Source of the DNA: a virus
Lineage: Duplodnaviria; Caudoviricetes
DNA length: 64,000 nucleotides
Strand: one strand, 5' to 3'
Virus record (IMG/VR): IMGVR_UViG_3300028048_000057
Location: 64,001-128,000 of that record
In this document: positions 48,050 through 56,904 of the stretch, piece after piece
Layout: each line of letters starts with the position of its first letter
How positions within the stretch are numbered: position 1 is the stretch's first letter
Translations under genes and position numbers: made by a program
The notes under the pieces: model-generated
Databases searched by the model: none
Told to the model about the DNA's origin: nothing
Seen by the model: only the letters and a program-made list of their open reading frames with translations

Positions 48050-48897
48050 TTAGAGAAAATTTTGCAGTATTTATATTAAGTCATGGTAGGGCTAATAACC
48101 TTATCACTTTAAACTCACTTAAAAGATGTGGTTATAGTGGTAAATGGTTTGTTATAGTTGATAATGAAGATTCTACTATTGATGAATATATCAAAGTTTG
48201 TGGGAAGGAACATGTCATTGTATTTGATAAGTTAGCAACTTCCAAAACATTTGATACCTTTGATATGTCCAATAATAGAAAAACAATTGTCTATGCTAGA
48301 AATGAATGCTTTAAAATTGCAAAAGATTTAGGATTAGATTATTTTTTAGAATTGGATGATGATTATAGATGGTTTGAATTTAGGTGGCCAGAAGGAGATG
48401 TTCTCAAAACTAAAGAAATGAAAGATATTGATAAGGTCTTTGAGGCCTTTTTGACTTTCTTGGATGAAACAAATGCTAAAACAATTGCCTTTGCTCAAGG
48501 TGGGGACTTGATTGGTGGAGTTAATGGTTCAAGATTTAAACAAGGCCTTTTGAGAAAAGCCATGAATAGTTTCTTTTGTAAAGTTGATAGACCATTCACC
48601 TTTGTAGGAAGAATTAATGAGGATGTTAATACTTATACAACTCTAGGCTCTAGAGGTGATTTATTTTTCACTTTTACAAAAGTAGACTTAGTTCAAGTAA
48701 ATACTCAAAAGAATGAGGGAGGTATGAGTGATGTTTATATGGATTATGGTACCTATAATAAATCATTCTACACAATTATGACTATGCCTTCATGTACAAA
48801 GATAGGGATGATGGGAGATAAACATTTAAGAATACATCATCAAGTAGATTGGGAAACATGTGTTCCTAAAATTATAAGTGAGAGGTTTAGAAAATAA
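48046..48897 (+). CDS. GT-A glycosyltransferase, TAGT-like (copy 3)
   Basis: Close paralog of 46363..47214. Confidence 0.8.
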   Translation: MIRENFAVFILSHGRANNLITLNSLKRCGYSGKWFVIVDNEDSTIDEYIKVCGKEHVIVFDKLATSKTFDTFDMSNNRKTIVYARNECFKIAKDLGLDYFLELDDDYRWFEFRWPEGDVLKTKEMKDIDKVFEAFLTFLDETNAKTIAFAQGGDLIGGVNGSRFKQGLLRKAMNSFFCKVDRPFTFVGRINEDVNTYTTLGSRGDLFFTFTKVDLVQVNTQKNEGGMSDVYMDYGTYNKSFYTIMTMPSCTKIGMMGDKHLRIHHQVDWETCVPKIISERFRK

Positions 48898-49140
48898 ATG
48901 GAAAGTAAATATTTAGATTTTATAGAAGATACAATACCAAATAGAAAAACCCCTATTGTTCATGTAATGAATAAGTCTACTACTTATTTAGGGATGATTT
49001 ATTTTTATCCTTCATGGCGTAAGTTCATTTTTAGACCAGAAGCAGATATAATTTTTGACACAAATTGTTTATTAGATATAGTAAATAAATTAAATGAACT
49101 TCAAGAAAATTGGAAAGAAGGTTTAAAAAAGAATGGCTAA
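48898..49140 (+). CDS. Hypothetical protein
   Basis: Packed ORF; LG.I.F...WRKF. Confidence 0.6.
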   Translation: MESKYLDFIEDTIPNRKTPIVHVMNKSTTYLGMIYFYPSWRKFIFRPEADIIFDTNCLLDIVNKLNELQENWKEGLKKNG

Positions 49141-49603
49141 AAAGAATTATGGTAAAGATTGGGAAACTCATTTCAAAACTGATTTTATGAGAACTTTTCC
49201 AAATGAATTTATATTAAGATTAAAAGATAATACTTCAAAATATAAAAATGCATCCAAAAATCCATGCGACTTTTTATGTCATATAGATGGAAAATTATTT
49301 ATGATAGAAGTTAAATGTCACTATGGAAACACTTTCCCATTTAGTGCTTTAAGTCAATATGATGAATTAGCAAATGATTGGTGTGGCTTAAAGGATGTTA
49401 GAAAATGTGTAGTTCTATGGATGATTGACCATGATTTAGTTTTAATAGTCCCTATTAGTGAAATTACTAAAATGATGAATGATGGTTTAGTTTCTATTAA
49501 TGTTAAAACATATAAGAAGTATAATATAATAGAACCTACTTATACTATGAAAAGGGTATTTCCAGAAGTAGACTATACAAAAATATTAGAAGTGGAGGAT
49601 TAA
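49133..49603 (+). CDS. RecU-like Holliday junction resolvase
   Basis: GK.WE...PCDF...IEVK...Q PD-(D/E)xK pattern. Confidence 0.7.
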   Translation: MAKKNYGKDWETHFKTDFMRTFPNEFILRLKDNTSKYKNASKNPCDFLCHIDGKLFMIEVKCHYGNTFPFSALSQYDELANDWCGLKDVRKCVVLWMIDHDLVLIVPISEITKMMNDGLVSINVKTYKKYNIIEPTYTMKRVFPEVDYTKILEVED

Positions 49604-49606
49604 TGT

Positions 49607-50161
49607 ATGTCAGATTCATTCCTTAAGACAATAGATACAACTAAATTAGATTCATTAATGAAAGAAACTACATTAAATGTTCAATATTTTAATAACACTT
49701 GTTTAGATATTATTTCTAAATATAGTAAACCTTTAGATGATTTAATGAAAGACATCTATGTTGATTGTATTAAAAATGATAACCCAACTTTAGATGTTCT
49801 TGAAAAGTATTATCTAGAACTTCAAAATATGATATACTTTATGAATGAACAATTAGAACAATTAGGTATTCATGCTGATATGGCTGAAAAAGCATCTAAT
49901 GAAATGTATTCTAAAGGTTATATTAAAGCAAGTGAAATTAGAGATGAAAATGGTAAAAAGAAACCAGTTGATGAAATCAAGGCTTTAGCAAATACAGAAT
50001 CTCAATATGAAAATGTAGTTGCTTCTATATATGACCATGCATATAAGGTAGTTAAAGGTAAGATGTCTAGTGGGCAAGATTTATGTGATTGCTTAAGAAG
50101 AATTATTTCTACTAGAACAGAAGTAATGAAGATGGATTCTTATCATGGAGGTTCAGTATAA
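49607..50161 (+). CDS. Helical hypothetical protein (possible recombination mediator)
   Basis: Coiled-coil character; lies between the resolvase and recA. Confidence 0.5.
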   Translation: MSDSFLKTIDTTKLDSLMKETTLNVQYFNNTCLDIISKYSKPLDDLMKDIYVDCIKNDNPTLDVLEKYYLELQNMIYFMNEQLEQLGIHADMAEKASNEMYSKGYIKASEIRDENGKKKPVDEIKALANTESQYENVVASIYDHAYKVVKGKMSSGQDLCDCLRRIISTRTEVMKMDSYHGGSV

Positions 50162-50589
50162 TGAGACATGATTTAGAATATCTTTACCAAGTTACTCTTG
50201 AAAGTGGGTATGGAGAATCTTTAGGAAGTTATACAGATTTAAAAAGATTAAGAATAGATGAAGATTTACAAGATATATTTGAATACAACTTTCAAATAAA
50301 ATATGATAAACAATATAATCCATTAAGTTGGTATTTAGAACCAAATTCAAAAGAATTATATAAAGAACTAGAGGAATTATGGAAGAATAATAATATCAAC
50401 ACCCATAAACTTTATATTGAAGATTATGCCTTTCAAGAATTCTTAAAAGAAAAATATGCTTCACAAGTAAGTGGACTTGTTGAAAGAGATGTAATTAAAA
50501 AGATTAAAACTAATTATATTATAAATGATGGTGTAATATACTTTATTGAAGGTGAATATTTATATATTGATGGTGCAGTTCAAGAATAG
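50161..50589 (+). CDS. Hypothetical protein
   Basis: GGAGG RBS. Confidence 0.6.
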   Translation: MRHDLEYLYQVTLESGYGESLGSYTDLKRLRIDEDLQDIFEYNFQIKYDKQYNPLSWYLEPNSKELYKELEELWKNNNINTHKLYIEDYAFQEFLKEKYASQVSGLVERDVIKKIKTNYIINDGVIYFIEGEYLYIDGAVQE

Positions 50590-50613
50590 ACAATATTGGA
50601 GGAAAACAAAATA

Positions 50614-51783
50614 ATGTCAGATAATAAAAATTTACAAGAAATTTTAAAAGGGATTGAAAAATCTTATGGAAAAGGAATTACAACAGTTGGTGTTGGAGAT
50701 AGACCTAAGAAATCTTATTTCTCATTAGGAACCCCAGGATTTGATTTTTGTACTTACAATTCAATTCCAGAAGGTGTTTTCATTGAAGTACAAGGTCCAG
50801 AACAAAGTGGTAAAACTACTTGGGCTTGTTTAGCAGCAAGTAGTTTTATTAGAAATGAGAAAAAGAAACCAGTGGATGAAAGAAGAAAAATCTTATTTGT
50901 TGATGCAGAAGGTACAGCAGACCCAGATTGGATTTTAACTTCTACAGGATATAATATGAATGATGTAGATATTCAAACTATTTATCTTACACCATTAGGA
51001 CAAAGTGCAGAACAAATCTTTGATATGGTTATTGATTTAGTCAAAACAGGTGAAGTTGGTTTAGTTGTTTTTGATAGTTTAGTAGCAATTGCTCCTCAAC
51101 AAGTCAATGAAGAATCCATGGAAAAGAAAGATATGGGTGGATTAGCAAGTGTGCTTAAATACTTTGTTACAAAAGGAACAGGTGTATTTAATAGATACAA
51201 AACTACATTTATTGGAATTAATGGAACTACTATGAATTTAACTCCTTATGGAAATCCAGAAACATCCCCAGGAGGCACTTATTGGAAAAGAGCATGTTCA
51301 TTAAGATTAAAATTCAAAAGAGGAGAGTTCTTTGATGAAGATGGCAATACTCTTAAAGGAAGTGCAGAAAGTCCAGCAGGACATGTTATTGAAATGGCAG
51401 TACTTAAAACTAAGTTTTGTAGATGGGATAGAAAATTAGGTAGATGTCATTTAAACTATACAAAAGGTATTGATATTCTCCAAGATACCATTGAATTAGC
51501 ATGTAGAAGTGACTTTGATATAATTAGAGAACCTTCAAAAGGATGGTTTGTTGTAGTAGACCCAGATACAGGAGAGGCATTAACTGATAAAATTCATGGT
51601 ATTAATAATATTGCTCCTTTCTTTAAAGAACATGTTGATATTTGGAAAAAAGTATATGATAAGGTTTATGAAAAACTATCAATTAAAGATGACCCAAATA
51701 TTGTATCATTTGAAAAAATGTTAGGAGTTAATGTTAGTGAAGCATTTAATGTTGATTTTGTAAAAGAAGGAGAAGAACAATAA
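50614..51783 (+). CDS. recA: RecA-like recombinase
   Basis: GPEQSGKT, FVDAE, VVFDS, GNPET.PGG; GGAGG RBS before ATG 50614. Confidence 0.9.
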   Translation: MSDNKNLQEILKGIEKSYGKGITTVGVGDRPKKSYFSLGTPGFDFCTYNSIPEGVFIEVQGPEQSGKTTWACLAASSFIRNEKKKPVDERRKILFVDAEGTADPDWILTSTGYNMNDVDIQTIYLTPLGQSAEQIFDMVIDLVKTGEVGLVVFDSLVAIAPQQVNEESMEKKDMGGLASVLKYFVTKGTGVFNRYKTTFIGINGTTMNLTPYGNPETSPGGTYWKRACSLRLKFKRGEFFDEDGNTLKGSAESPAGHVIEMAVLKTKFCRWDRKLGRCHLNYTKGIDILQDTIELACRSDFDIIREPSKGWFVVVDPDTGEALTDKIHGINNIAPFFKEHVDIWKKVYDKVYEKLSIKDDPNIVSFEKMLGVNVSEAFNVDFVKEGEEQ

Positions 51784-52103
51784 TGGAAGAAATTAATAGA
51801 TTCTATATTAGAAAAACAGATTTCCAAAGTAAGGATGAGTTTAATACTTATCTTAATAATCTAATTAATACCTTAACAAAAGTAGATTCCAATATTGTGG
51901 TTGCTTATCAATCTATGGACCCTAATGTATACATTATTGAATGCAATACTCAAGACCCTACTTTAAATGGTGTATTTCCATTTTGGGTTACTCCTAGTGA
52001 AATGATGTCAATTAAACAATATAGAGAAAATCCTAAAAAGATTGTTAAAAAGGCTCAGACCAAAGATGATGACTTTGGTGGATTCCCAGGAGGGGAAGCC
52101 TAA
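51783..52103 (+). CDS. Hypothetical protein
   Basis: TAATG coupling. Confidence 0.6.
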   Translation: MEEINRFYIRKTDFQSKDEFNTYLNNLINTLTKVDSNIVVAYQSMDPNVYIIECNTQDPTLNGVFPFWVTPSEMMSIKQYRENPKKIVKKAQTKDDDFGGFPGGEA

Positions 52104-52453
52104 TGGCTAAAATTGGGACTACTAGATATTACTCTACAATTCAAGAAGATAGTGTAGTTGACCTTATTGGTGGATTTAGAGTAAGTAATTCTGGAGGTGG
52201 GCTTTTTACTAAATGTGATGTAATAAATAAAGAGGCCTCCATTGGAATAGAATGTAAAACTCCTACTAGTGAAAAAGATTCATTCTCAATTAAAAAGGAA
52301 TGGATTGAAAAGAATATAAAAGATGCTAGAGATATGAGACTATTCAATAGTGCATTAGCATTTACATTTGCTCCAAATCAAGAAAACTTCTTTGTGATTG
52401 ATGAAAAGTTGTTTAAATTTTTAATTGAAAAATTAGAAGAAGAATATAAATAG
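52103..52453 (+). CDS. PD-(D/E)xK nuclease / resolvase-like protein
   Basis: QE...SGG...K.D...IECK...S.SIK.EW. Confidence 0.7.
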   Translation: MAKIGTTRYYSTIQEDSVVDLIGGFRVSNSGGGLFTKCDVINKEASIGIECKTPTSEKDSFSIKKEWIEKNIKDARDMRLFNSALAFTFAPNQENFFVIDEKLFKFLIEKLEEEYK

Positions 52454-52456
52454 TTG

Positions 52457-52486
52457 TTGACATATTGAATTATTTCTTGTTATACT
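52457..52486 (+). promoter_or_regulatory. SigmaA-type promoter
   Basis: TTGACA-N18-TATACT with an extended TG. Confidence 0.65.
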
Positions 52487-52501
52487 TTAATAAGGAGTTA
52501 A

Positions 52502-52720
52502 TTGATGATTTGTTACAATAATTATAGATTAGGTAAAAATAAGAATATTGAATCTCATTACAATTTTCATGATGACAAAGTTCATACTATTAGAAGAGAT
52601 TTAAGAAAACTTCATAGAGGTTGGGGTAAACATAGAATTGAAGATGAAACTTGCACAACCTTTTGTAAAAGATTAAGTAAAGTTGTACAATATCAAAAAG
52701 GTAAACCAAAAAAAAGTTGA
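52502..52720 (+). CDS. Small basic hypothetical protein
   Basis: AAGGAG RBS. Confidence 0.5.
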   Translation: MMICYNNYRLGKNKNIESHYNFHDDKVHTIRRDLRKLHRGWGKHRIEDETCTTFCKRLSKVVQYQKGKPKKS

Positions 52721-52745
52721 CAAACATATAAAACTAAAGTATACT
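52717..52745 (+). promoter_or_regulatory. SigmaA-type promoter
   Basis: TTGACA-N17-TATACT after an A tract. Confidence 0.7.
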
Positions 52746-52767
52746 TTATAATGAAGAAGGTTCAAAT

Positions 52768-52971
52768 ATGGTGTGGGAAGTAATTGATAATATTGTAGGT
52801 GAGACCACCTCTCATACAAATTATATGAATGCTTTGGAAGAAGCAGAAAGAAGAGTATCTATGCATGAAAGTGAATTTCCTTATAGACATAGAGGATATC
52901 ATTATGCTATTCCATGTGAAATGATTGAAAACAAAGACACTAAAACTATAACTATTGTAAGAAAGGACTAA
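52768..52971 (+). CDS. Hypothetical protein
   Basis: ORF after promoter. Confidence 0.5.
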   Translation: MVWEVIDNIVGETTSHTNYMNALEEAERRVSMHESEFPYRHRGYHYAIPCEMIENKDTKTITIVRKD

Positions 52972-52977
52972 ATTAGT

Positions 52978-53475
52978 ATGGAAGGATTAGAAAAATTATC
53001 TTTTGAAGAAAAAGTAAAAGCAGCAAAAGCAGTTGATTCTTTAATTGCAGAAATGGAAGCCCAAATTGAAAGTTGTAAACAAACAATTGCAGAATGTACT
53101 CCAGATAGAGATGCTATCTATGCAAGTCTTTTAGAAGATGTTAAGAGTAAAGGTGTTAAGGACTATGATGAACAAGTTGATGATTTATTTGTTACTCTTT
53201 TCTCTAAAGAAGATGTAGCATGGCTTGATGATGCTGGATTACTTAAAAAGTTACAAGAAAATGGTGATTATGGATTTATTAAAACTACAACTAAGATTAC
53301 AACTAGTGTAGACAAAAATGCACTTAAGAAAGCATTTAAATCTAATGAGTCTCTAAAAGAAGCATATAAAGATTTCTATGGAACTAAATTAACAGAGTAT
53401 GTTACAGTAACTACAGAAGAAAATCATGCTAAAATGTTAGAGCACATTAGTGAAAATACAAAGAAAGGAAAGTAA
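52978..53475 (+). CDS. Gam/Gp157-like coiled-coil protein
   Basis: N-terminal coiled coil; SVDKNALKK motif. Confidence 0.5.
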   Translation: MEGLEKLSFEEKVKAAKAVDSLIAEMEAQIESCKQTIAECTPDRDAIYASLLEDVKSKGVKDYDEQVDDLFVTLFSKEDVAWLDDAGLLKKLQENGDYGFIKTTTKITTSVDKNALKKAFKSNESLKEAYKDFYGTKLTEYVTVTTEENHAKMLEHISENTKKGK

Positions 53476-53477
53476 TT

Positions 53478-53663
53478 ATGGCAGAACCAAAAGAAGTTAA
53501 AAAAGAAGTTAGTTCTACACCAGCAAAAGAGGAAAGTGTTGCTAAATCAGACTTTGACAGGGTTGTCAAAGAGTATGAAAAATTAGCCAATGCATTCAAT
53601 AGACTCTTAAAAGAGTATAATGAGTTGCATCTTAAAACTCTCTTTGTTGAAGAAACTAAATAA
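53478..53663 (+). CDS. Small coiled-coil protein
   Basis: AAGGA RBS. Confidence 0.55.
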   Translation: MAEPKEVKKEVSSTPAKEESVAKSDFDRVVKEYEKLANAFNRLLKEYNELHLKTLFVEETK

Positions 53664-53669
53664 TAACAT

Positions 53670-53695
53670 AAATGGTCTTAAACAAGACCATTTTT
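53670..53695 (+). terminator. Hairpin with a short T run before the second tRNA cluster
   Basis: AAATGGTCTT-AAAC-AAGACCATTT-TT. Confidence 0.55.
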
Positions 53696-53772
53696 GGACC
53701 CATATCTCAATTAGGTAGAGAAGTCGCCTCATAAGCGAATAGTTCTAGGTTCGAGTCCTGGTGGGTCCACCA
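53696..53772 (+). tRNA. tRNA with CAT anticodon, probably Ile2 (lysidine type)
   Basis: Cloverleaf; GGACCCA acceptor resembles Bacillota tRNA-Ile2; CCA. Confidence 0.85.
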
Positions 53773-53775
53773 TTT

Positions 53776-53862
53776 GGAGGGCTGTGATAATTGGTAGTCA
53801 GCCTGTCTTGAAAACAGGTGTGTCGTAAGGCATTTAGGGTTCGAGTCCCTAGCCCTCCGCCA
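53776..53862 (+). tRNA. tRNA-Ser(TGA)
   Basis: Cloverleaf, long variable arm, G73, CCA. Confidence 0.95.
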
Positions 53863-53865
53863 AAT

Positions 53866-53938
53866 CCCTGTATGGTTCGGTGACCAAGTGCGTCTCATAA
53901 GCGTATTAGCCTTAGTTCAACTCTAGGTGCAGGGACCA
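53866..53938 (+). tRNA. tRNA-Met-like (CAT) with an aberrant D arm
   Basis: Acceptor CCCTGTA/TGCAGGG, loop CTCATAA, T-loop TTCAACT, CCA; shortened D arm. Confidence 0.7.
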
Positions 53939-53977
53939 TTTTAATAAAGCATAGTGTATAATAAAGTAAAGGAGATT

Positions 53978-54697
53978 ATGCTCATGTTAGATGAACAACA
54001 ATTAGTAGAAGTTAAAAATGAATTTATTTCTCTTTTAAGAAATATTAAAAGAGAGGGTAGTGATATAGATGGATTAATTAGTTGGATGGAAACTAATGGA
54101 TTTTTTAGTGCTCCAGCAACATCTAAATATTACTGCTCTTTTGAAGGTGGTTTAGCACTTCATTCTATCAATGTATATAAAACAATGTGTAGATTTGCTA
54201 AAGCATTTGCCTCTAAAAAAGAAACAATTGAACCAGCAAAATTTGGTGCAAAAGGTGAAATTATCCCTGCAGTAGAAGAAACTAAATATAAATATGACCA
54301 AGACACTTTATTGATAATTGGCTTATTACATAGTATTTATAAATCAAATCTTTTTGAAAAATATTTCAAGAATGAAAAAGTATATAGTAAATATGGTAAG
54401 AAAAAAGATGAAGGTGGATTTTATGATTGGGTTAGCACACCAGGGTATAAAGTAGTTGATGAAAGTGAAAGAGAAATTTATGGAGATAGTGGATTCTCAT
54501 CTTATTTCATTATTAGTGAATTTATTCCATTAACTACAGAAGAAAGTGTTGTATTGGCTAATTTTAATGAACTATTAAGTGATGAATCAAACAAGGCTAG
54601 TATGTATCAAGTATTGTCTAAATATCCTTTAGCATCTATTTTACTTTCAGCATCAGTGATATCTTCTTATTGTATTGAGAATCCAAATTTATTTTAA
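53978..54697 (+). CDS. HD-domain-like protein (degenerate HD)
   Basis: FF.APA.....FEGGL..HS..VY...LLHS..K; AAGGAG RBS. Confidence 0.7.
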   Translation: MLMLDEQQLVEVKNEFISLLRNIKREGSDIDGLISWMETNGFFSAPATSKYYCSFEGGLALHSINVYKTMCRFAKAFASKKETIEPAKFGAKGEIIPAVEETKYKYDQDTLLIIGLLHSIYKSNLFEKYFKNEKVYSKYGKKKDEGGFYDWVSTPGYKVVDESEREIYGDSGFSSYFIISEFIPLTTEESVVLANFNELLSDESNKASMYQVLSKYPLASILLSASVISSYCIENPNLF

Positions 54698-55068
54698 TGC
54701 TTGACAAAATAATAAAACAACAATTAGATAGTCTTGAAGTTGCTGAGGTAAGTGTCTACAATGAAGATAAACATAGATACTTATTTAGAAAAGTAGGCCA
54801 TTCTATTGAAATTGGTAGAAATTATATAATAAGACTAGATAAAAATTTGACTAACAAAGAACAGTCAAGTGTAATAGCAAATAATTGGAATCATGGATTA
54901 GTCCCTACTTATACTTTAATGAAAATAATTATTAAAGATAAAATGGGAAGTATGTATTTAGTTCATGGAGATTATTTAAATGAAGATTATTCTTTAGTTG
55001 ATGATTGTGCTTTTTGGGAAGGTTGGCTTCCTATAGAGCAAATAGAAGTTTTAGAGGAGGTAAATTAA
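54697..55068 (+). CDS. Hypothetical protein
   Basis: TAATG coupling. Confidence 0.6.
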   Translation: MLDKIIKQQLDSLEVAEVSVYNEDKHRYLFRKVGHSIEIGRNYIIRLDKNLTNKEQSSVIANNWNHGLVPTYTLMKIIIKDKMGSMYLVHGDYLNEDYSLVDDCAFWEGWLPIEQIEVLEEVN

Positions 55069-55069
55069 C

Positions 55070-56104
55070 ATGGAAGCATTGGCTACTAAATATAGACCAC
55101 AGACATTTGAAGAAGTTAGTGGTCAAGTCAATATTATTCAAATATTAAAAAGACAACTTGAAACTAATTCTTTCAAGCATACCTATTTATTTTGTGGTCC
55201 TAGTGGAGATGGTAAAACAACTATTGCTAGGATTTTTGCTAAAGAATTGAATCATGGTTTTGGAGAACCTATTGAAATTGATGGTGCTTCAAATAATGGT
55301 GTGGATAATGTAAGAGCAATTATTGATGAATCAAAATCAAGAGCCATGGATTGTGAATATAAAGTTATAATTATTGATGAATGTCATATGTTAACTATAC
55401 AAGCATGGAATGCTTTCTTAAAATGCCTTGAAGAACCTTCTCAATTTACAATTTTTATATTTTGTACTACAGACCCTCAAAAGATTCCTCAAACAGTTCA
55501 AAATAGATGTCAAAGATTTAATTTATCTAAAATTGAAACTAATCTAATTAAGAATAGATTATTGTATGTTTGTAAACAAGAAGGGTTTATTAATTATGAA
55601 GAAGGTTGTGATTATATTAGTAAACTAGCAAATGGTGGAATGAGAGATGCTTTAAGTTTACTAGAAAAAGCAAGTGACTATAATAAAGATTTAACTATTA
55701 TTAATGTACTAAATGCATTAGGCAATTTTTCATATAAAATGTTTTTAGAGTTAGAAAATGCCATTTATGATGGAGACCAAAAAACTATTATTGAAGTTGT
55801 AGATTCTATTTATAATAATGGAAATGATATGAAATTATTTATTGAACAATTTTTAGAATTTACTTTAGACTTAAATAAGTATTGTTTATTTAAAGATTTA
55901 AGCATGACAAAAATTCCAACTTCTTTAGAAAAAGAAAGTGGAGACCACTTAAGTGTAGAATATGTCACTCACATTGAAAATCCTATAAATTATTACAATA
56001 GTCTAATAGATAAATTATTAGAATTAAAAACTTACTTAAAGTATGATTCAACTCCAAAAACAACAATTGAAATTCAATTAATTCATTTTTCTAGAGGTGC
56101 TTAA
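55070..56104 (+). CDS. dnaX: Clamp loader gamma/tau subunit
   Basis: LA.KYRPQTF, G.GKTT, EIDGASN.GVD, IIDECHML, GGMRDALS. Confidence 0.95.
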   Translation: MEALATKYRPQTFEEVSGQVNIIQILKRQLETNSFKHTYLFCGPSGDGKTTIARIFAKELNHGFGEPIEIDGASNNGVDNVRAIIDESKSRAMDCEYKVIIIDECHMLTIQAWNAFLKCLEEPSQFTIFIFCTTDPQKIPQTVQNRCQRFNLSKIETNLIKNRLLYVCKQEGFINYEEGCDYISKLANGGMRDALSLLEKASDYNKDLTIINVLNALGNFSYKMFLELENAIYDGDQKTIIEVVDSIYNNGNDMKLFIEQFLEFTLDLNKYCLFKDLSMTKIPTSLEKESGDHLSVEYVTHIENPINYYNSLIDKLLELKTYLKYDSTPKTTIEIQLIHFSRGA

Positions 56105-56904
56105 TGTTAGGCCAACAAGAAATTAAAACTAGATTACTGGAATTACCTAATGTTACTTATTTACCTAATTCTATGCTCTTTTTAGGAGAAAAGGGATGTG
56201 GTAAACATACATTGGCTAATGAAGTATCCAATCATTATAGGTTGGCTCTTTTAGATATTACTAAAAATGTATCCTATGAAAGTATAGAAGAAATTTATTT
56301 AAATCCTACTCAAGCCTTCTACCTAATTAATGTGGATGAGATTAGTGAAAGACAACAAAATGCTCTTCTTAAATTTATTGAAGAACCATTACCTAGTTCT
56401 TTTATTATATTAATCTCTTCATCTAAAACTCATTTACTTGAAACTATTGTAAATAGATGTGTTGCATATGAATTTAAACCTTACACAAAAGAAGAGTTAA
56501 AAGAATTTATTCAAGATGGGGATGTAGATGATATTTTATCTCTTTGTACAACTCCAGGTCAAATACTTAGTCTTAATACTAAGTCATTAGAAGGGCTTCA
56601 TACTTTATGTGATACAATGATTGATAAACTTGGAATAGCAAAATATCCAAATGCTTTAAAAATTGTTAAAAAGATTAATTATAAAGATGAATATGATAAA
56701 TATGATTTTAATATATTTTTAAATTGTTATAAATTACATTTAATGAATAAAATACTAGTAGATAATTCTAAACTTTATTTAGACTTGTATAATATATTAG
56801 TTAAGACTTGTGAATTATTGAGCATAAATAATATTAATAAAGAATACTTCATGGAATATTTAATTACTAAGTTATGGGAAAGGTGTAAGGATGAAGTTAA
56901 GTGA
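56104..56904 (+). CDS. holB: Clamp loader delta-prime-like subunit
   Basis: QNALLKFIEEP, LLETI.NRC. Confidence 0.8.
   Translation: MLGQQEIKTRLLELPNVTYLPNSMLFLGEKGCGKHTLANEVSNHYRLALLDITKNVSYESIEEIYLNPTQAFYLINVDEISERQQNALLKFIEEPLPSSFIILISSSKTHLLETIVNRCVAYEFKPYTKEELKEFIQDGDVDDILSLCTTPGQILSLNTKSLEGLHTLCDTMIDKLGIAKYPNALKIVKKINYKDEYDKYDFNIFLNCYKLHLMNKILVDNSKLYLDLYNILVKTCELLSINNINKEYFMEYLITKLWERCKDEVK

Noticed and set aside
16836-50613. ORF-track starts at 16836, 20085, 21375, 27956, 31957, 39866, 47159 and 50596
   Set aside because: They overlap terminators, RNA elements, RBSs or upstream genes; downstream ATGs with better context were used instead
53707-53898. Minus-strand 63-aa ORF
   Set aside because: Antisense shadow of the second tRNA cluster
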